This document shows, one piece after another, positions 38,793 through 49,547 of a DNA stretch of 64,000 nt. The translations under genes were made by a program, and so were the position numbers. The DNA lies in the IMG/VR virus record IMGVR_UViG_3300007512_001547, positions 1-64,000 of that record, one strand, 5' to 3'. The notes under the pieces were generated by a model that saw only the letters and a program-made list of their open reading frames with translations, did no database searches and was not told the origin of the DNA. The first letter of the stretch is position 1; each line of letters begins with the position of its first letter. Source of the DNA: a virus.

Positions 38793-39465
38793 ATGGGGTA
38801 ACAAATACATTTCACAATATGTAAATGTACTTTATAATATGGTTAAAAGGAATACTACCGTGCCTTTTGAATTTCACTGTATTACTGACGATATCAAAGG
38901 ATTAGATCCACATATCAAAACAATAAAACTGCCAAATGACCCATGGATTAAAACATGGTGGAGTAAGTTATGGATGTTTGGTGGACATTTTCCATTACAA
39001 GGCAATATATTATATTTTGATTTAGATGTAATTGTTTTTAAAAATATTGACGAATTATTCAATTATAATCCAGACAAGTTTATGATTATTAGAGATTTCA
39101 ATAGATGTAGAATTAAAGATTGGAAATTATGCAATTCAAGTGTAATGAGATGGAAAACAGGTACTGTAAATTACCTATGGGATGACTTCGTTTCTAAACC
39201 TAATGTAGTAATGGGAGACAACCATGGAGATCAAGATTGGATTACTAAAAGAGCAAAACAAGATACAAACCACTGGCCAGATGATTGGATACGTTCTTAT
39301 AAATGGGAAATGATTGGTTACAAAGACACAAAAGCAAGACGTGGACCAAAACTTATATTTGACCGACCTCCAAAAATTATAGAAGCAAACAAAGTAGCAG
39401 TTTTTCATGGTGAACCTAAACCGTTTAACTGTGGAGATGCTTTTGTTGAGGAAAATTGGAAATGA
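38770..39465 (+). CDS. Glycosyltransferase (GT-A fold)
   Basis: VCVKWG.KY, WWSKL, YFDLDV (DxD), NSSVM, GDQDWI, VFHGEPKP. Confidence 0.88.
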   Translation: MNHIVCVKWGNKYISQYVNVLYNMVKRNTTVPFEFHCITDDIKGLDPHIKTIKLPNDPWIKTWWSKLWMFGGHFPLQGNILYFDLDVIVFKNIDELFNYNPDKFMIIRDFNRCRIKDWKLCNSSVMRWKTGTVNYLWDDFVSKPNVVMGDNHGDQDWITKRAKQDTNHWPDDWIRSYKWEMIGYKDTKARRGPKLIFDRPPKIIEANKVAVFHGEPKPFNCGDAFVEENWK

Positions 39466-39776
39466 AAAAGTTTGGTAAAGTAAAAATAGCAAGTATGAAA
39501 CCATTAGAGGAGATTCCTGACGACTGTGGTTATGAAAAAAGATTCAAATACGATATTGATATGCAATCAAATGGCATAATGGGTGAATGTATAGAATGGT
39601 GTCAAATTAATTGTAAAAAGAAATGGGGTTGGTGGTTTGAGGGGCCTGATTTAACTAATCCCTATAATCATAATTGGGAAAATCAAAACAGTTATATGAG
39701 TTTTGAAAATAAAAGAGAAGCTATGGCATTCTTTTTGGCCATCGGAATACAAAATATGGGAGATACAAACAAATAA
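39462..39776 (+). CDS. Hypothetical protein
   Basis: About 104-aa coupled ORF. Confidence 0.7.
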   Translation: MKKFGKVKIASMKPLEEIPDDCGYEKRFKYDIDMQSNGIMGECIEWCQINCKKKWGWWFEGPDLTNPYNHNWENQNSYMSFENKREAMAFFLAIGIQNMGDTNK

Positions 39777-39784
39777 ATATTAAT

Positions 39785-40120
39785 ATGAAATGGTTTGATA
39801 TAACAGATTCAGCAAAAGCACAAATGGAAAAATTGCTTTCTAAAAATCCTGGCAAGTATGCTGTAAGTTTGGCAGTATTAGGAGGAGGATGTGCAGGTTT
39901 CAAATACGATTGGGGATTTATTGATTCTAAAGATAAAGTAGGCTCCGAAGACATCACTGAAGATTGGGGTACTGGTCGTTTTGTTGTTGATGAAACTTCT
40001 ATGCTCTATATTGCAGGCACAAAAATTGATTGGATAGAAGAAACATTTGGTTCTCAATTTGAAATTGTCAATCCAAACAGTTCAAGCTCTTGTGGATGTG
40101 GAGAAAGTTTTGGTGTCTAA
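39785..40120 (+). CDS. A-type Fe-S carrier (IscA/SufA/ErpA, HesB family)
   Basis: GGGCAGFKY, G.KID, NPN....CGCGESF. Confidence 0.96.
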   Translation: MKWFDITDSAKAQMEKLLSKNPGKYAVSLAVLGGGCAGFKYDWGFIDSKDKVGSEDITEDWGTGRFVVDETSMLYIAGTKIDWIEETFGSQFEIVNPNSSSSCGCGESFGV

Positions 40121-40890
40121 TGGACACAGCATTCATAATAGGTAATGGCGAGTCAAGAAATATATTTCCAATAAAAGATTTAAAAAATAAAGGCATAATA
40201 TATGGTTGTAATGCCATATACAGAGACTATCCTGAACTATGTGATCATATTGTAGCAGTTAATCCACCAATGTATGAAGAATTAAAACAATGGTATGATG
40301 AAACAAATCCTAATCTAAAAATACACGGACTTGATGACATATCCAAATGGAATTATCTATGCGATGGAGACTCACAAGCCAATTTCTCTCCAAATGCAGG
40401 TATACCAATAGGTTTAAAACTTTATAGAGTTTGGCGAGGAGGTGACATTAAAAAAGGTAATGAAATTAGAACAATTGATTTTACTGAATCAAAAGGATCT
40501 GGTACTTCAGCAATATTACTAGCCGTAGAATCAGGTATTAAAAATATAGTAATATTGGCGTTTGACATACTAGGTTCAAGACAATGGGAATTTAGCAAAA
40601 GAGGAGAACATAGCAGAGAACAAAATAATATGTACAAAAATACAACAAATTATCCTTCAAGAATCAACATGAAAGCCTATCTCAAATATGAATGGCTATT
40701 TCAATTAAGACAAACATTCCGTAAACATCCAAATACAAATTTTTATTTTATTAATCGTAGAGAATACCTAGATGGTAATCATTTTTTAAGATCTTACTTT
40801 GATCAACCTAATATTAAAGTTGGAATTTATGCAGATTTAAGACGTTGGGTAGACGGAGATCGTGATAAAATTAATTGGCGGAAATTATAA
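40120..40890 (+). CDS. MptE/sialyltransferase-like Rossmann protein, paralog of 35954..36586
   Basis: IIGNGESR, IYGCNAIYRD, GSGTSA, LAFD. Confidence 0.6.
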   Translation: MDTAFIIGNGESRNIFPIKDLKNKGIIYGCNAIYRDYPELCDHIVAVNPPMYEELKQWYDETNPNLKIHGLDDISKWNYLCDGDSQANFSPNAGIPIGLKLYRVWRGGDIKKGNEIRTIDFTESKGSGTSAILLAVESGIKNIVILAFDILGSRQWEFSKRGEHSREQNNMYKNTTNYPSRINMKAYLKYEWLFQLRQTFRKHPNTNFYFINRREYLDGNHFLRSYFDQPNIKVGIYADLRRWVDGDRDKINWRKL

Positions 40891-41163
40891 AGTAACTGTA
40901 CTCGAAGCATCAAGTTTGTAAATCTTACGCATTTTAATACCTACTTTTTGAGCAAATTTCTTGCTATCACAATACGAACAAACGTGTTTATAATCATTAC
41001 TTGCTCTATCTGGATCTACTTGTGACCTAGGTCTTAAAAATGTTACTCCACACGAATCACATTTAAAATAATATATGGTATTTTTTCTATGAAACGTATG
41101 ATATACGCCTAATTTACTTTGACGTTCATACAATCTCATCGTTTTCAACGTTTCTATGAACAT
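40885..41163 (-). CDS. Small Zn-finger-like hypothetical protein
   Basis: CDSC and CSYC pairs; start reassigned to 41163 with TAAATA 5 nt upstream on minus strand. Confidence 0.7.
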   Translation of the reverse strand: MFIETLKTMRLYERQSKLGVYHTFHRKNTIYYFKCDSCGVTFLRPRSQVDPDRASNDYKHVCSYCDSKKFAQKVGIKMRKIYKLDASSTVTL

Positions 41164-41168
41164 ATAAG

Positions 41169-41181
41169 TATTTAATAAATA
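41169..41181. promoter_or_regulatory. Back-to-back late-type promoters
   Basis: TATTTA (41169-41174) and TAAATA (41176-41181) between divergent genes. Confidence 0.5.
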
Positions 41182-41195
41182 CGTATTATAATAAT

Positions 41196-42605
41196 ATGGC
41201 ACGATTAATAATAGACACTGGAACAGAAGGAAACACGGCAACAGGCGATACTTTACGTGGCGCTATGGCGAAGATCAACGCGAATTTCGTAGAGGTCTAC
41301 GATGATTTAGCCGGATCTAGTTTGGGTGGATTATTCACAAACAACCAAACCAATGGTGATGTAAAAATACAAGCCAATGGAACGGGTATAGTCGAAATAG
41401 ATCAATTACAAATTACAGATGATGCAATAACTTCGCTTGTTACAAACGGTGATGTGACACTAGCAGGTAACGGCACAGGTGTGGTACACGTGAACGATAC
41501 ATTAACAGTTGGTGTTAACAATACCAATGCAACCATAACAACTCTTGGAACTGGTGATTTAACATTAAGCACAAACAGTGGCACAAATTCAGGTACAATA
41601 AAAATAGCTGATGGTGCAGGTGGAAACATCACAGTTGAGCCTAATGGCTCAGGTGACATTTTATTAAAGGCAGGTGGTCAAGTTGGTATAGGAGATGTTA
41701 GTTCACCTGACACTTCATTACATATTAAACAATCCACTGCAACCATAACACTCCAGAGAACAAGTGATGCAAACACACCAGGTATTGATTTCCAAAGTGC
41801 CGGCGGTGACGTCAGAGCCAAGATGTACATGGATGGTACTAATGGAACAAACAAAGAAATTATTTTTAAAGTAAGAGATAATTCAAGTACGGACGAAAGA
41901 TTTAGAGTTACATGGACCGGGGCCAGTGTAACAGGAACTTTTAACATTATGAGTGATAGTGATTCTTCTTTAAGTGATGCTACCATCAGCATGACTGAGA
42001 ACAAAATTACAACATTAAGATCTAACGATAATCTAGAATTATCTGCGAATGGTACAGGCAAGGTCTATACAGACAGTAATTTACATTTACATTCTGCTAC
42101 ACCGCTTATTCAATTTCAAAGAACAGACAACGCAAACGTGCCTGGAATAAGTTTTTTAGGTGATGGTGGAACAGAAGGGGCCAGTATTAAATTTGATGGA
42201 ACTGATGGTACAACAAACGAAATAATTTTAAGTTCTTTTTATTCTAGTGCTGTAACAGAAAGACTTAGAGTTACAACAACAGGAGCCAAAGTTTCAGGCA
42301 CTTTGGACGTAGACGGTGCCATCACGATAACAGATAACAAAATTAGTGCTTCAAGAAGTAATGACGATTTAAATTTAGCGGCGTCAGGAACTGGTAATAT
42401 TGTTGTTGGTGCAATTACAATAAACGGTACAACTATAAGTTCAGCAGATTCAACAAAAATATCAATTGCAGAAGCAGTAGATATAAATGGTAATTTAGTT
42501 GCAACAGGATCACAAATAGATTTTACTAATCTTCCAACATCGGATCCAAGTGTTGCAGGAAGACTTTGGAGAAGTGGAACAGATCTAAAAATTAGTATAG
42601 GATAA
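41196..42605 (+). CDS. Tail fibre/baseplate-attached fibre protein, T4 gp9-like N-terminus
   Basis: LIIDTGTEGNTATGDTLR..MAKINANF; Gly/Thr/Asn-rich repeats; internal ~80-aa duplicated module. Confidence 0.75.
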   Translation: MARLIIDTGTEGNTATGDTLRGAMAKINANFVEVYDDLAGSSLGGLFTNNQTNGDVKIQANGTGIVEIDQLQITDDAITSLVTNGDVTLAGNGTGVVHVNDTLTVGVNNTNATITTLGTGDLTLSTNSGTNSGTIKIADGAGGNITVEPNGSGDILLKAGGQVGIGDVSSPDTSLHIKQSTATITLQRTSDANTPGIDFQSAGGDVRAKMYMDGTNGTNKEIIFKVRDNSSTDERFRVTWTGASVTGTFNIMSDSDSSLSDATISMTENKITTLRSNDNLELSANGTGKVYTDSNLHLHSATPLIQFQRTDNANVPGISFLGDGGTEGASIKFDGTDGTTNEIILSSFYSSAVTERLRVTTTGAKVSGTLDVDGAITITDNKISASRSNDDLNLAASGTGNIVVGAITINGTTISSADSTKISIAEAVDINGNLVATGSQIDFTNLPTSDPSVAGRLWRSGTDLKISIG

Positions 42606-42611
42606 TAAACA

Positions 42612-43610
42612 ATGGCACAGACAACAATTAATGTAGGTAGTAACGCAAATGACGGAACAGGTGATGATTTAAGATCAGCATTTATTTCTGTAAATGCTAA
42701 CTTCACAGAATTATATGCGGCATCTCCTGCAACTTCTTCAATATCACTTGCAGGAAATACAATTTCTACAAATGCCTCAAATGCAAATTTAAAATTATTA
42801 GCATCTGGTACAGGTGTTATAGAATTAGAAGGAATTCAAATTAGAGATAACCACATTGAAGGTACAAGATCAAATGAAGATTTAATTGTATCTGCATCAG
42901 GTACAGGAAACATTATTGTAGGTGCAATTAGAATTAATGGTACAACTTTAAGTGCAGATGATTCTAGTTCAATTAAAATTAATGAAACATTACAAGTCAA
43001 TACAATTTCTTCTGATGATTCTAGTGCTGTAACAGTCTCAGACAATTTAAATATATCTGGAACTTTAAGTGTAAACACAATTGATACCAATTCAATTTCA
43101 TCTTCAGACTCAACTGCAATACAAATTAATGATGCATTAAACGTTTCTGGAACTTTAAGTGCAAACATACTTGACACAAACGTAATATCGTCTACAGATT
43201 CTAGTGCTGTAACAATATCAGACAACTTGCAAGTCAATGGAACACTAACAGCAACATCAATTACTGGATTAACCGTATTAAACAATTCTTCACAATCAGA
43301 TGGCACAGTAACACACGCAGGTTCATCTGGACAACAACCATTAGACAGTTTTGTTCATGCAACTTACAGAAGTGCAAAATATCAAGTTAGTATTACAGAT
43401 GCGGCAGAGAGTAGATATGCACTTGACGAAATCTACGTAACTCATAACGGTACAACTGCTTTCATATCAACAACAGGTGTAAGTTCAACTGGAGCATCAT
43501 TAGCAACTTACTCAGCAGATATTAGTGGTAACAACTGTAGAATTTTAATAGTTCCTGTATCTAATAATTCAGTTACATATAAGTTTGTTAAAACGTTAAT
43601 CAAAGTATAA
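42612..43610 (+). CDS. Fibre protein, T4 gp10-like N-terminus
   Basis: INVGSNANDGTGDDLR..F..VN.NF.ELY; ~30-aa repeats. Confidence 0.75.
   Translation: MAQTTINVGSNANDGTGDDLRSAFISVNANFTELYAASPATSSISLAGNTISTNASNANLKLLASGTGVIELEGIQIRDNHIEGTRSNEDLIVSASGTGNIIVGAIRINGTTLSADDSSSIKINETLQVNTISSDDSSAVTVSDNLNISGTLSVNTIDTNSISSSDSTAIQINDALNVSGTLSANILDTNVISSTDSSAVTISDNLQVNGTLTATSITGLTVLNNSSQSDGTVTHAGSSGQQPLDSFVHATYRSAKYQVSITDAAESRYALDEIYVTHNGTTAFISTTGVSSTGASLATYSADISGNNCRILIVPVSNNSVTYKFVKTLIKV
42950..43260 (+). repeat. In-frame ~30-aa repeats in fibre gene
   Basis: ISS.DS.A..I.D.L..SGTLS.N..DTN repeated 3-4 times; boundaries approximate. Confidence 0.75.
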
Positions 43611-43666
43611 AATTACATTCGGTTTATAAAATTTCTAATAAATAATCATATTAGGAGATTTAAAAC

Positions 43667-45529
43667 ATGGCACAACAAACAGTTAGCATAGGTTCATCAG
43701 CAAATGACGGTACAGGTGATCCATTAAGAACAGCATTTACAAAGATAAATGCAAATTTTACAGAATTATACGGCGATACTGCCGAAGCAAATGATATACT
43801 AGATGATACATCACCCCAATTAGGTGGTAATCTAGATATAAACGGATTTAATATTACATCAGCAAGATCAAACGAAAATATTAGAATTATTCCTAACGGA
43901 ACAGGTACAGTTGAGCTTGAAGGAACAACTAATGTTACAGGAAGTTTAACAGCAACAGGAAATATTTTTGCAAATGGAAACATTAACCTTGGTGATGGTG
44001 CAGGTGACCAAACAAAAGTAACTGGTGTATTTGAAGCAGACCAATTACAAATTGATGGTACAACATTAACAAGCACAGTTACAAACGGTGACGTAACTAT
44101 AACTGGAAATGCAACAGGTGGTGTCATTATTGAAAATTTAACTTTTAATGATAACACAATAACCTCACCTTCAAACAGTCATATATCAATTCAACCAGGT
44201 GGAACAGGTAATGTTGTAGTAGGTGCAGTAACAGTTAGTGGTACAACTTTAAGTGCGGCAGATTCATCTCAAATTACAATAGCAGAAGCATTACAAGTTA
44301 ACGGTGCGGCAACTTTAGGAACAAGTGTAACATTGGCAACAGGTGCAACTGTAACAGGTATCTTAGATGAAGATGCTATGGGAACAAATTCAGCAACACA
44401 ACTTGCTACACAACAATCAATAAAAGCATATGCAGATACAAAAGCAGTATTAACAGGTTCAACTAATAATACTATTACAACAGTAACAGGTGCTCATGCA
44501 TTCCAAGGTGAAGCAAACTTAACTTTTGATGGTAGTACACTAGCCGTAACAGGAGCAGGAACATTTAGTACTACTTTAGGAATAACTGGAACACTAACAA
44601 CAGCAGATATTACTACAACTGGAACACACACAGTTACAGGACAATCAGATATTGACTATGTAAGAATTAAAGATCATGCAATTACAACAAATGCCTCAAA
44701 TGCTAACTTAGACCTTTCAGCAAATAGTACAGGTGTTGTTAATGTTGCATCAGCAATGACAACTATTGGACAAACTATTACAGGTGACGTTGTTGTTACA
44801 GGTAGAATGGATGTTGACAACGTTGCAATAAACGGAAACGGTATTATAGCAACAAATTCAAATGGTGCGTTAAACATAAATCCTAATGGTACAGGTATAA
44901 TCACACTGGGTGGATCTTATGTTCATGTACCTGAACAAATATTATGTGGAGAACTATGGTGCGATTATGGTATAGAAATGGGCACAGGAGCCACTATTGC
45001 ACAACGATCAACTAACGAAAATTTAGTATTTGAAACTAACGGTACTGGAGTAGTAACTACTGCTTCACAATTAACATTGACTGGATCTTTTAAACCAGCA
45101 ATACATACTTTCACGGCAACTGATGCAATTACAGAAACAGAACACGCAGGTAGAACATTATTACTTGGTGAAGTAGGTGGTAATGCACTAGTTACATTAA
45201 CACTACCAGACGCAACAGGTTCAGGTGCAACATACAAATTCATAGTAACAGTTGTGAACACATCAACCTATGTAATCAAAGCACCAGATGCCAATAACAC
45301 TATTGACGGTATCATGATGTACCTAGATGAAGACGCAACGGCAGTTACAGCATTTCCAACAGTAGCGGCTACTGATACTATCACCATTAATGGTGGTACA
45401 ACAGGTGGTCAAATAGGTGACTATCTTGAACTAGTTGATATAGCAACTGACCAATGGCACGTTAGAGGAACTATGAGATGCCTTACAGGTGTTAATCCAG
45501 CAACTTGCTTTAGTGCTACTGTATCTTAA
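43667..45529 (+). CDS. Fibre protein, T4 gp10-like N-terminus
   Basis: SANDGTGDPLRTAFTKINANFTELY; SPQLGGNLDING; repeated I...NGTG units. Confidence 0.75.
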   Translation: MAQQTVSIGSSANDGTGDPLRTAFTKINANFTELYGDTAEANDILDDTSPQLGGNLDINGFNITSARSNENIRIIPNGTGTVELEGTTNVTGSLTATGNIFANGNINLGDGAGDQTKVTGVFEADQLQIDGTTLTSTVTNGDVTITGNATGGVIIENLTFNDNTITSPSNSHISIQPGGTGNVVVGAVTVSGTTLSAADSSQITIAEALQVNGAATLGTSVTLATGATVTGILDEDAMGTNSATQLATQQSIKAYADTKAVLTGSTNNTITTVTGAHAFQGEANLTFDGSTLAVTGAGTFSTTLGITGTLTTADITTTGTHTVTGQSDIDYVRIKDHAITTNASNANLDLSANSTGVVNVASAMTTIGQTITGDVVVTGRMDVDNVAINGNGIIATNSNGALNINPNGTGIITLGGSYVHVPEQILCGELWCDYGIEMGTGATIAQRSTNENLVFETNGTGVVTTASQLTLTGSFKPAIHTFTATDAITETEHAGRTLLLGEVGGNALVTLTLPDATGSGATYKFIVTVVNTSTYVIKAPDANNTIDGIMMYLDEDATAVTAFPTVAATDTITINGGTTGGQIGDYLELVDIATDQWHVRGTMRCLTGVNPATCFSATVS

Positions 45530-45573
45530 TAGTATCTAAAACTCAATAAATACTGGTGAAGGAGTAAGTTCTA

Positions 45574-48075
45574 ATGTCGACACCAGTGTGGTCAACCACA
45601 GCAGGTAAACTTGCATCAATTGATGAGCAAGTGTCATATTCGCTACAATTAGAAGCGAATACAGCCGATTCTACGGCTATCACTTACTCCGTAATTGCAG
45701 GGAGCCTACCTTCAGGAATGGAACTTACTTCAGCAGGCTTACTTACAGGGATTCCAGCTGAGGTTTCGAAAAGAACTAGATACACCTTCGTTGTACGTGC
45801 CACAGCTGGAACAACAATTACAGATAGAAATTTTTATTTAGATATAGAAGGTGCAGACGCACCAACATTTACAACTGCATCAGGACAACTCCAGTTAGAT
45901 GACTCTTCAAGAGTTGGTTTATATTGGATATTGGATGGATCATCGTTATCATTCCAAATAGCGGCAAGTGATACAGATACAAGAGCAGGACAATCGTTAG
46001 TTTATGAAATTGTACAAGGTGCATTACCACCAGGTATTACTATGTCAGCAACAGGATTAATATCTGGAATAGTACAACTTACAGAAGATGAACGATATGG
46101 ACCACAAGGTGGATATGCAGAAGATTATGATGATTATGTTTACGATAGAACAGTATTTTCAAAATCTAGATCAATAAATTATGATTTTATAGTAAGAGTT
46201 TCAGATAGTACAAGTTATGTAGATCAAAATAATTCAATATTTGTTTATACAGCAGATTATTGGAGAGTATCAAATTCAGAAATTACAGTAGACATGAATG
46301 AAATAGGGGGTTCAGCATTAACAGTTGATTTTAGTGCTAATAGAAGACCAATTTTCAAAACAGCATCAGCCCTTGGAACATTTAGACATGACAACGCCTG
46401 TGTAATTAAAATTGACGTTGAAGATTTTGATCCATTACAAGCAGATTTAGAATATTCAATCGTATCAGGTGCTATGCCTTCAGGTTTATCAATTAATATT
46501 AGCTCTGGAGAAATATATGGAACATTGGCAAGACAGACCGCTATTGAAACAAGTTATACATTTACAATAAGAGCGAACAGAGTTGTATCAACTGGAATAA
46601 ATGTGTTCACTGATCAAATATTTACAATGAAAGTAATTGGTGAAATTGATATTGGAATTACATTTACAACTCCAGCAACCATTGGTACATTGACGGCAGA
46701 TATTCCAAGTATATTATCATTTTCAGCAGTAGCAGAAGAAACAAATAGAGTTTTAACTTATAGTTTAACATCTGGATCGTTGCCAACAGGTATAACATTA
46801 TCTCCACAAGGAAATTTAATAGGAACAATTGATCCAAGTGACTTTACTGATTCAACTCGAGCATATACATTTACAGTTACGGTTAGTGACCAATATCAGT
46901 CATTAGCAACATCAAAAGAATTTACATTAAACATTGACATACCATATACTACTATTGAATATGGTAATATGACCGGACATTCAACATCTTTTATTGATCA
47001 AAATATATTTTATAATATTGCACAAGATCCAAATATTAATTCTCCTGAATATATTTACAGACCAGAGGATAATAATTTTGGAATGAAACTAAATCCTGAA
47101 ATGTTAATGATGGCAGGATTACAAGCACAAACACTTACAGCATTCCAACAACAAATGGAACAAAATCATGCTCCAAAAACTTTATATTTTGGAGAATTAA
47201 AAACAGCAGTTGCAAAAGAAAACAATATTATAAAATATGAAGTTGTTTATCTTGAAATGACAGACAAACTTGTTAATAATGATGGTACAGCAATTAGTTC
47301 ATCGGTTTCATTAAGAACAGATGTTGCAAAACCTATGTTAGGTCCAAGAGCAGGAACAGTTAATTTAACTACTGATATGGATGACTTCAATATTACAACC
47401 TCTGGCGGATTATCATTTAGCACGTCTGGCTCTAAAGTTCCATATGCTGGTCAAATTTCAGCAGATTTAGATTATATGGCAACACTTTATCCAAATGCAG
47501 TTGCAAATATGAGAAGTAGAATGAAAACTTTAGGACATAAAGAATGGGACCATTTGCCTTTATGGATGAAAACAACACAATCAGGTGACCTAGCACCATT
47601 GGGGTTTGTATTAGCAGTACCTATATGTTATTGCAAGGCAGGTACATCTGCTTTGTTAAAGAAAAGAATAAAAGATAAAGGATTAATTTTTAGAAATATT
47701 GACTTTATTGTAGATAGATATCAAGTTAGTAAAAGCAAAGTTACACCTGCTAAATTCACAGCAGATGGCTCAACTACTACATTCCAATTAGATGAGATTG
47801 TACATGAAGAAGATATTTTGGTTAAAGAAGGTAGTGATATTGTTTATGCTGGAGACGGAGTAACAGCAGACAATAACCAAAAGCCAACAGATTTAACTGC
47901 TGATGGTGAATTAAGATCTGCAGACCATGAATATGGCATTGAACTTACTCATAATACTTCAACTAGTAAAACTACAATTACTTTTACCAAAGAAGTACCG
48001 TCAGACGGCACTATTATTACAGTCGAAAGAGCTAACGATAAATATCTTAAATTTAGAAGCAAAGGAATATTTTAA
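45574..48075 (+). CDS. Baseplate wedge-like structural protein with Ig-like repeats
   Basis: Repeated YS..SG.LP.G..L...G.I.G Ig-like units; position among fibre genes. Confidence 0.7.
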   Translation: MSTPVWSTTAGKLASIDEQVSYSLQLEANTADSTAITYSVIAGSLPSGMELTSAGLLTGIPAEVSKRTRYTFVVRATAGTTITDRNFYLDIEGADAPTFTTASGQLQLDDSSRVGLYWILDGSSLSFQIAASDTDTRAGQSLVYEIVQGALPPGITMSATGLISGIVQLTEDERYGPQGGYAEDYDDYVYDRTVFSKSRSINYDFIVRVSDSTSYVDQNNSIFVYTADYWRVSNSEITVDMNEIGGSALTVDFSANRRPIFKTASALGTFRHDNACVIKIDVEDFDPLQADLEYSIVSGAMPSGLSINISSGEIYGTLARQTAIETSYTFTIRANRVVSTGINVFTDQIFTMKVIGEIDIGITFTTPATIGTLTADIPSILSFSAVAEETNRVLTYSLTSGSLPTGITLSPQGNLIGTIDPSDFTDSTRAYTFTVTVSDQYQSLATSKEFTLNIDIPYTTIEYGNMTGHSTSFIDQNIFYNIAQDPNINSPEYIYRPEDNNFGMKLNPEMLMMAGLQAQTLTAFQQQMEQNHAPKTLYFGELKTAVAKENNIIKYEVVYLEMTDKLVNNDGTAISSSVSLRTDVAKPMLGPRAGTVNLTTDMDDFNITTSGGLSFSTSGSKVPYAGQISADLDYMATLYPNAVANMRSRMKTLGHKEWDHLPLWMKTTQSGDLAPLGFVLAVPICYCKAGTSALLKKRIKDKGLIFRNIDFIVDRYQVSKSKVTPAKFTADGSTTTFQLDEIVHEEDILVKEGSDIVYAGDGVTADNNQKPTDLTADGELRSADHEYGIELTHNTSTSKTTITFTKEVPSDGTIITVERANDKYLKFRSKGIF

Positions 48076-48638
48076 TGGCAAGTAACATAGTACCAGGTAA
48101 CGTAGACGGCACTTATCCTAAAGCAGGACAGGATAACAGTTCACAAGGATTTAGAGATAATTTTAGTGCAATTAAAAACAATTTTACTGAAGCAGTAACA
48201 GAAATAGAAGCATTACAAACAAACAAAGCAAACTTAAACGCTTCAAGTGATTTTGCTGATAATGAAGTTATTAGAGCAAAATTTAAAGATACATCAGAAA
48301 CAGTATACGCACATGGTACAACTGGTGGTGCAATTACATTAAATCACCAAAATGGACATTACCAAACTATAACGTCTAATGCATCTATAACATTATCATT
48401 TACCAATTGGCCTGCTACAGCAACACTGGGTAGAATTGTATTAGATATTACGTTTGCATCTACAGCACACACGATTACAATTCCAACTGCTGTATTAGTA
48501 TCTGGTTTAGTATTAGGTGGAGATGGCTCTTCTAATACAATAACTTGTCCAACATCTGGAAGATATGTTTACGAGTTTACAACTCCAGATGCAGGTACAA
48601 CAATTTTAATGAACCAATTGGGTAACAACTACATCTAA
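48075..48638 (+). CDS. Virion structural protein (putative)
   Basis: YPKAGQDNSSQGFRDNF..IK.NF N-terminus; beta-rich C-terminus. Confidence 0.65.
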   Translation: MASNIVPGNVDGTYPKAGQDNSSQGFRDNFSAIKNNFTEAVTEIEALQTNKANLNASSDFADNEVIRAKFKDTSETVYAHGTTGGAITLNHQNGHYQTITSNASITLSFTNWPATATLGRIVLDITFASTAHTITIPTAVLVSGLVLGGDGSSNTITCPTSGRYVYEFTTPDAGTTILMNQLGNNYI

Positions 48639-48650
48639 TAGGAGGTAGTA

Positions 48651-48902
48651 ATGTATTTTCATCCATTACAAGAAGAAATCGGAAATTTATCTGAAGAAGA
48701 TATCTCCAAAAGAATAAAAGAGCTTTCTAGAAAAGTTGCTATTGCTAGACGAGGCAGAAATCCAGACATGTTACAAAAACTACAACATGCACTTGGAACT
48801 TATCAAGATGCTATTAGACAAAGAAGAGTTGAACAATGGCACAAAGACTTTAAAAAAGCAAGAGGCGAACCAGATTTAGGTGATTTAATCAACATTGAAT
48901 AG
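48651..48902 (+). CDS. Hypothetical protein
   Basis: GGAGG RBS; 83-aa helical ORF. Confidence 0.75.
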   Translation: MYFHPLQEEIGNLSEEDISKRIKELSRKVAIARRGRNPDMLQKLQHALGTYQDAIRQRRVEQWHKDFKKARGEPDLGDLINIE

Positions 48903-48914
48903 TAAGTATGTTTA

Positions 48915-49547
48915 ATGCCAAATTCATTTAGTTGGAAAACAAAATTTAAATCAATTATAATTGTAGACGGTGAATTATTCGCAAACGAATATAGTATTAA
49001 ACTTTTCATAACACCCTACACTGCAAATTTAAAAGAACAAACAGAATATTTTGATAGATTAAAAAATCTCTTTGAAATGGTAATGGCGAATACAATTACT
49101 ACATGGAAAGATGAACCTCTTTACCATACTTTACAAAAATCATCTAACAATAGATTTATAGAATTACCAAAGCCACCATATGATCAAATAATGGCGGCGG
49201 TATGCTTCTGCAAAGCAAATGCAATTTTAGATTCTGTAATTGTAGTGAATAAATTAGAACTTTCTAGTTGGCAAGGGGATGGTATTACATATTCGGTTGA
49301 CAAAGATAGTAAAGAACTTATACTATTAGATACACCTGATTGGTTTTCAAAAAAATATGAAGGTTTTGATCCATGGTGGTTAAGGGCAGACACGGCAACA
49401 TATGATAGAGAACTTGATAAAGGCATATACACAGGACACTTTAGTTGGAATAATAAAATACCAGTTGACAAGAAGCACGAAACCCATGCTAAAATATTTG
49501 AGTTTAATCCAAAGGTTTTAGATGGTGGGAAAGATAAAAATAAATGA
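48915..49547 (+). CDS. Hypothetical protein
   Basis: 210-aa ORF directly upstream of DnaE fragment. Confidence 0.75.
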   Translation: MPNSFSWKTKFKSIIIVDGELFANEYSIKLFITPYTANLKEQTEYFDRLKNLFEMVMANTITTWKDEPLYHTLQKSSNNRFIELPKPPYDQIMAAVCFCKANAILDSVIVVNKLELSSWQGDGITYSVDKDSKELILLDTPDWFSKKYEGFDPWWLRADTATYDRELDKGIYTGHFSWNNKIPVDKKHETHAKIFEFNPKVLDGGKDKNK

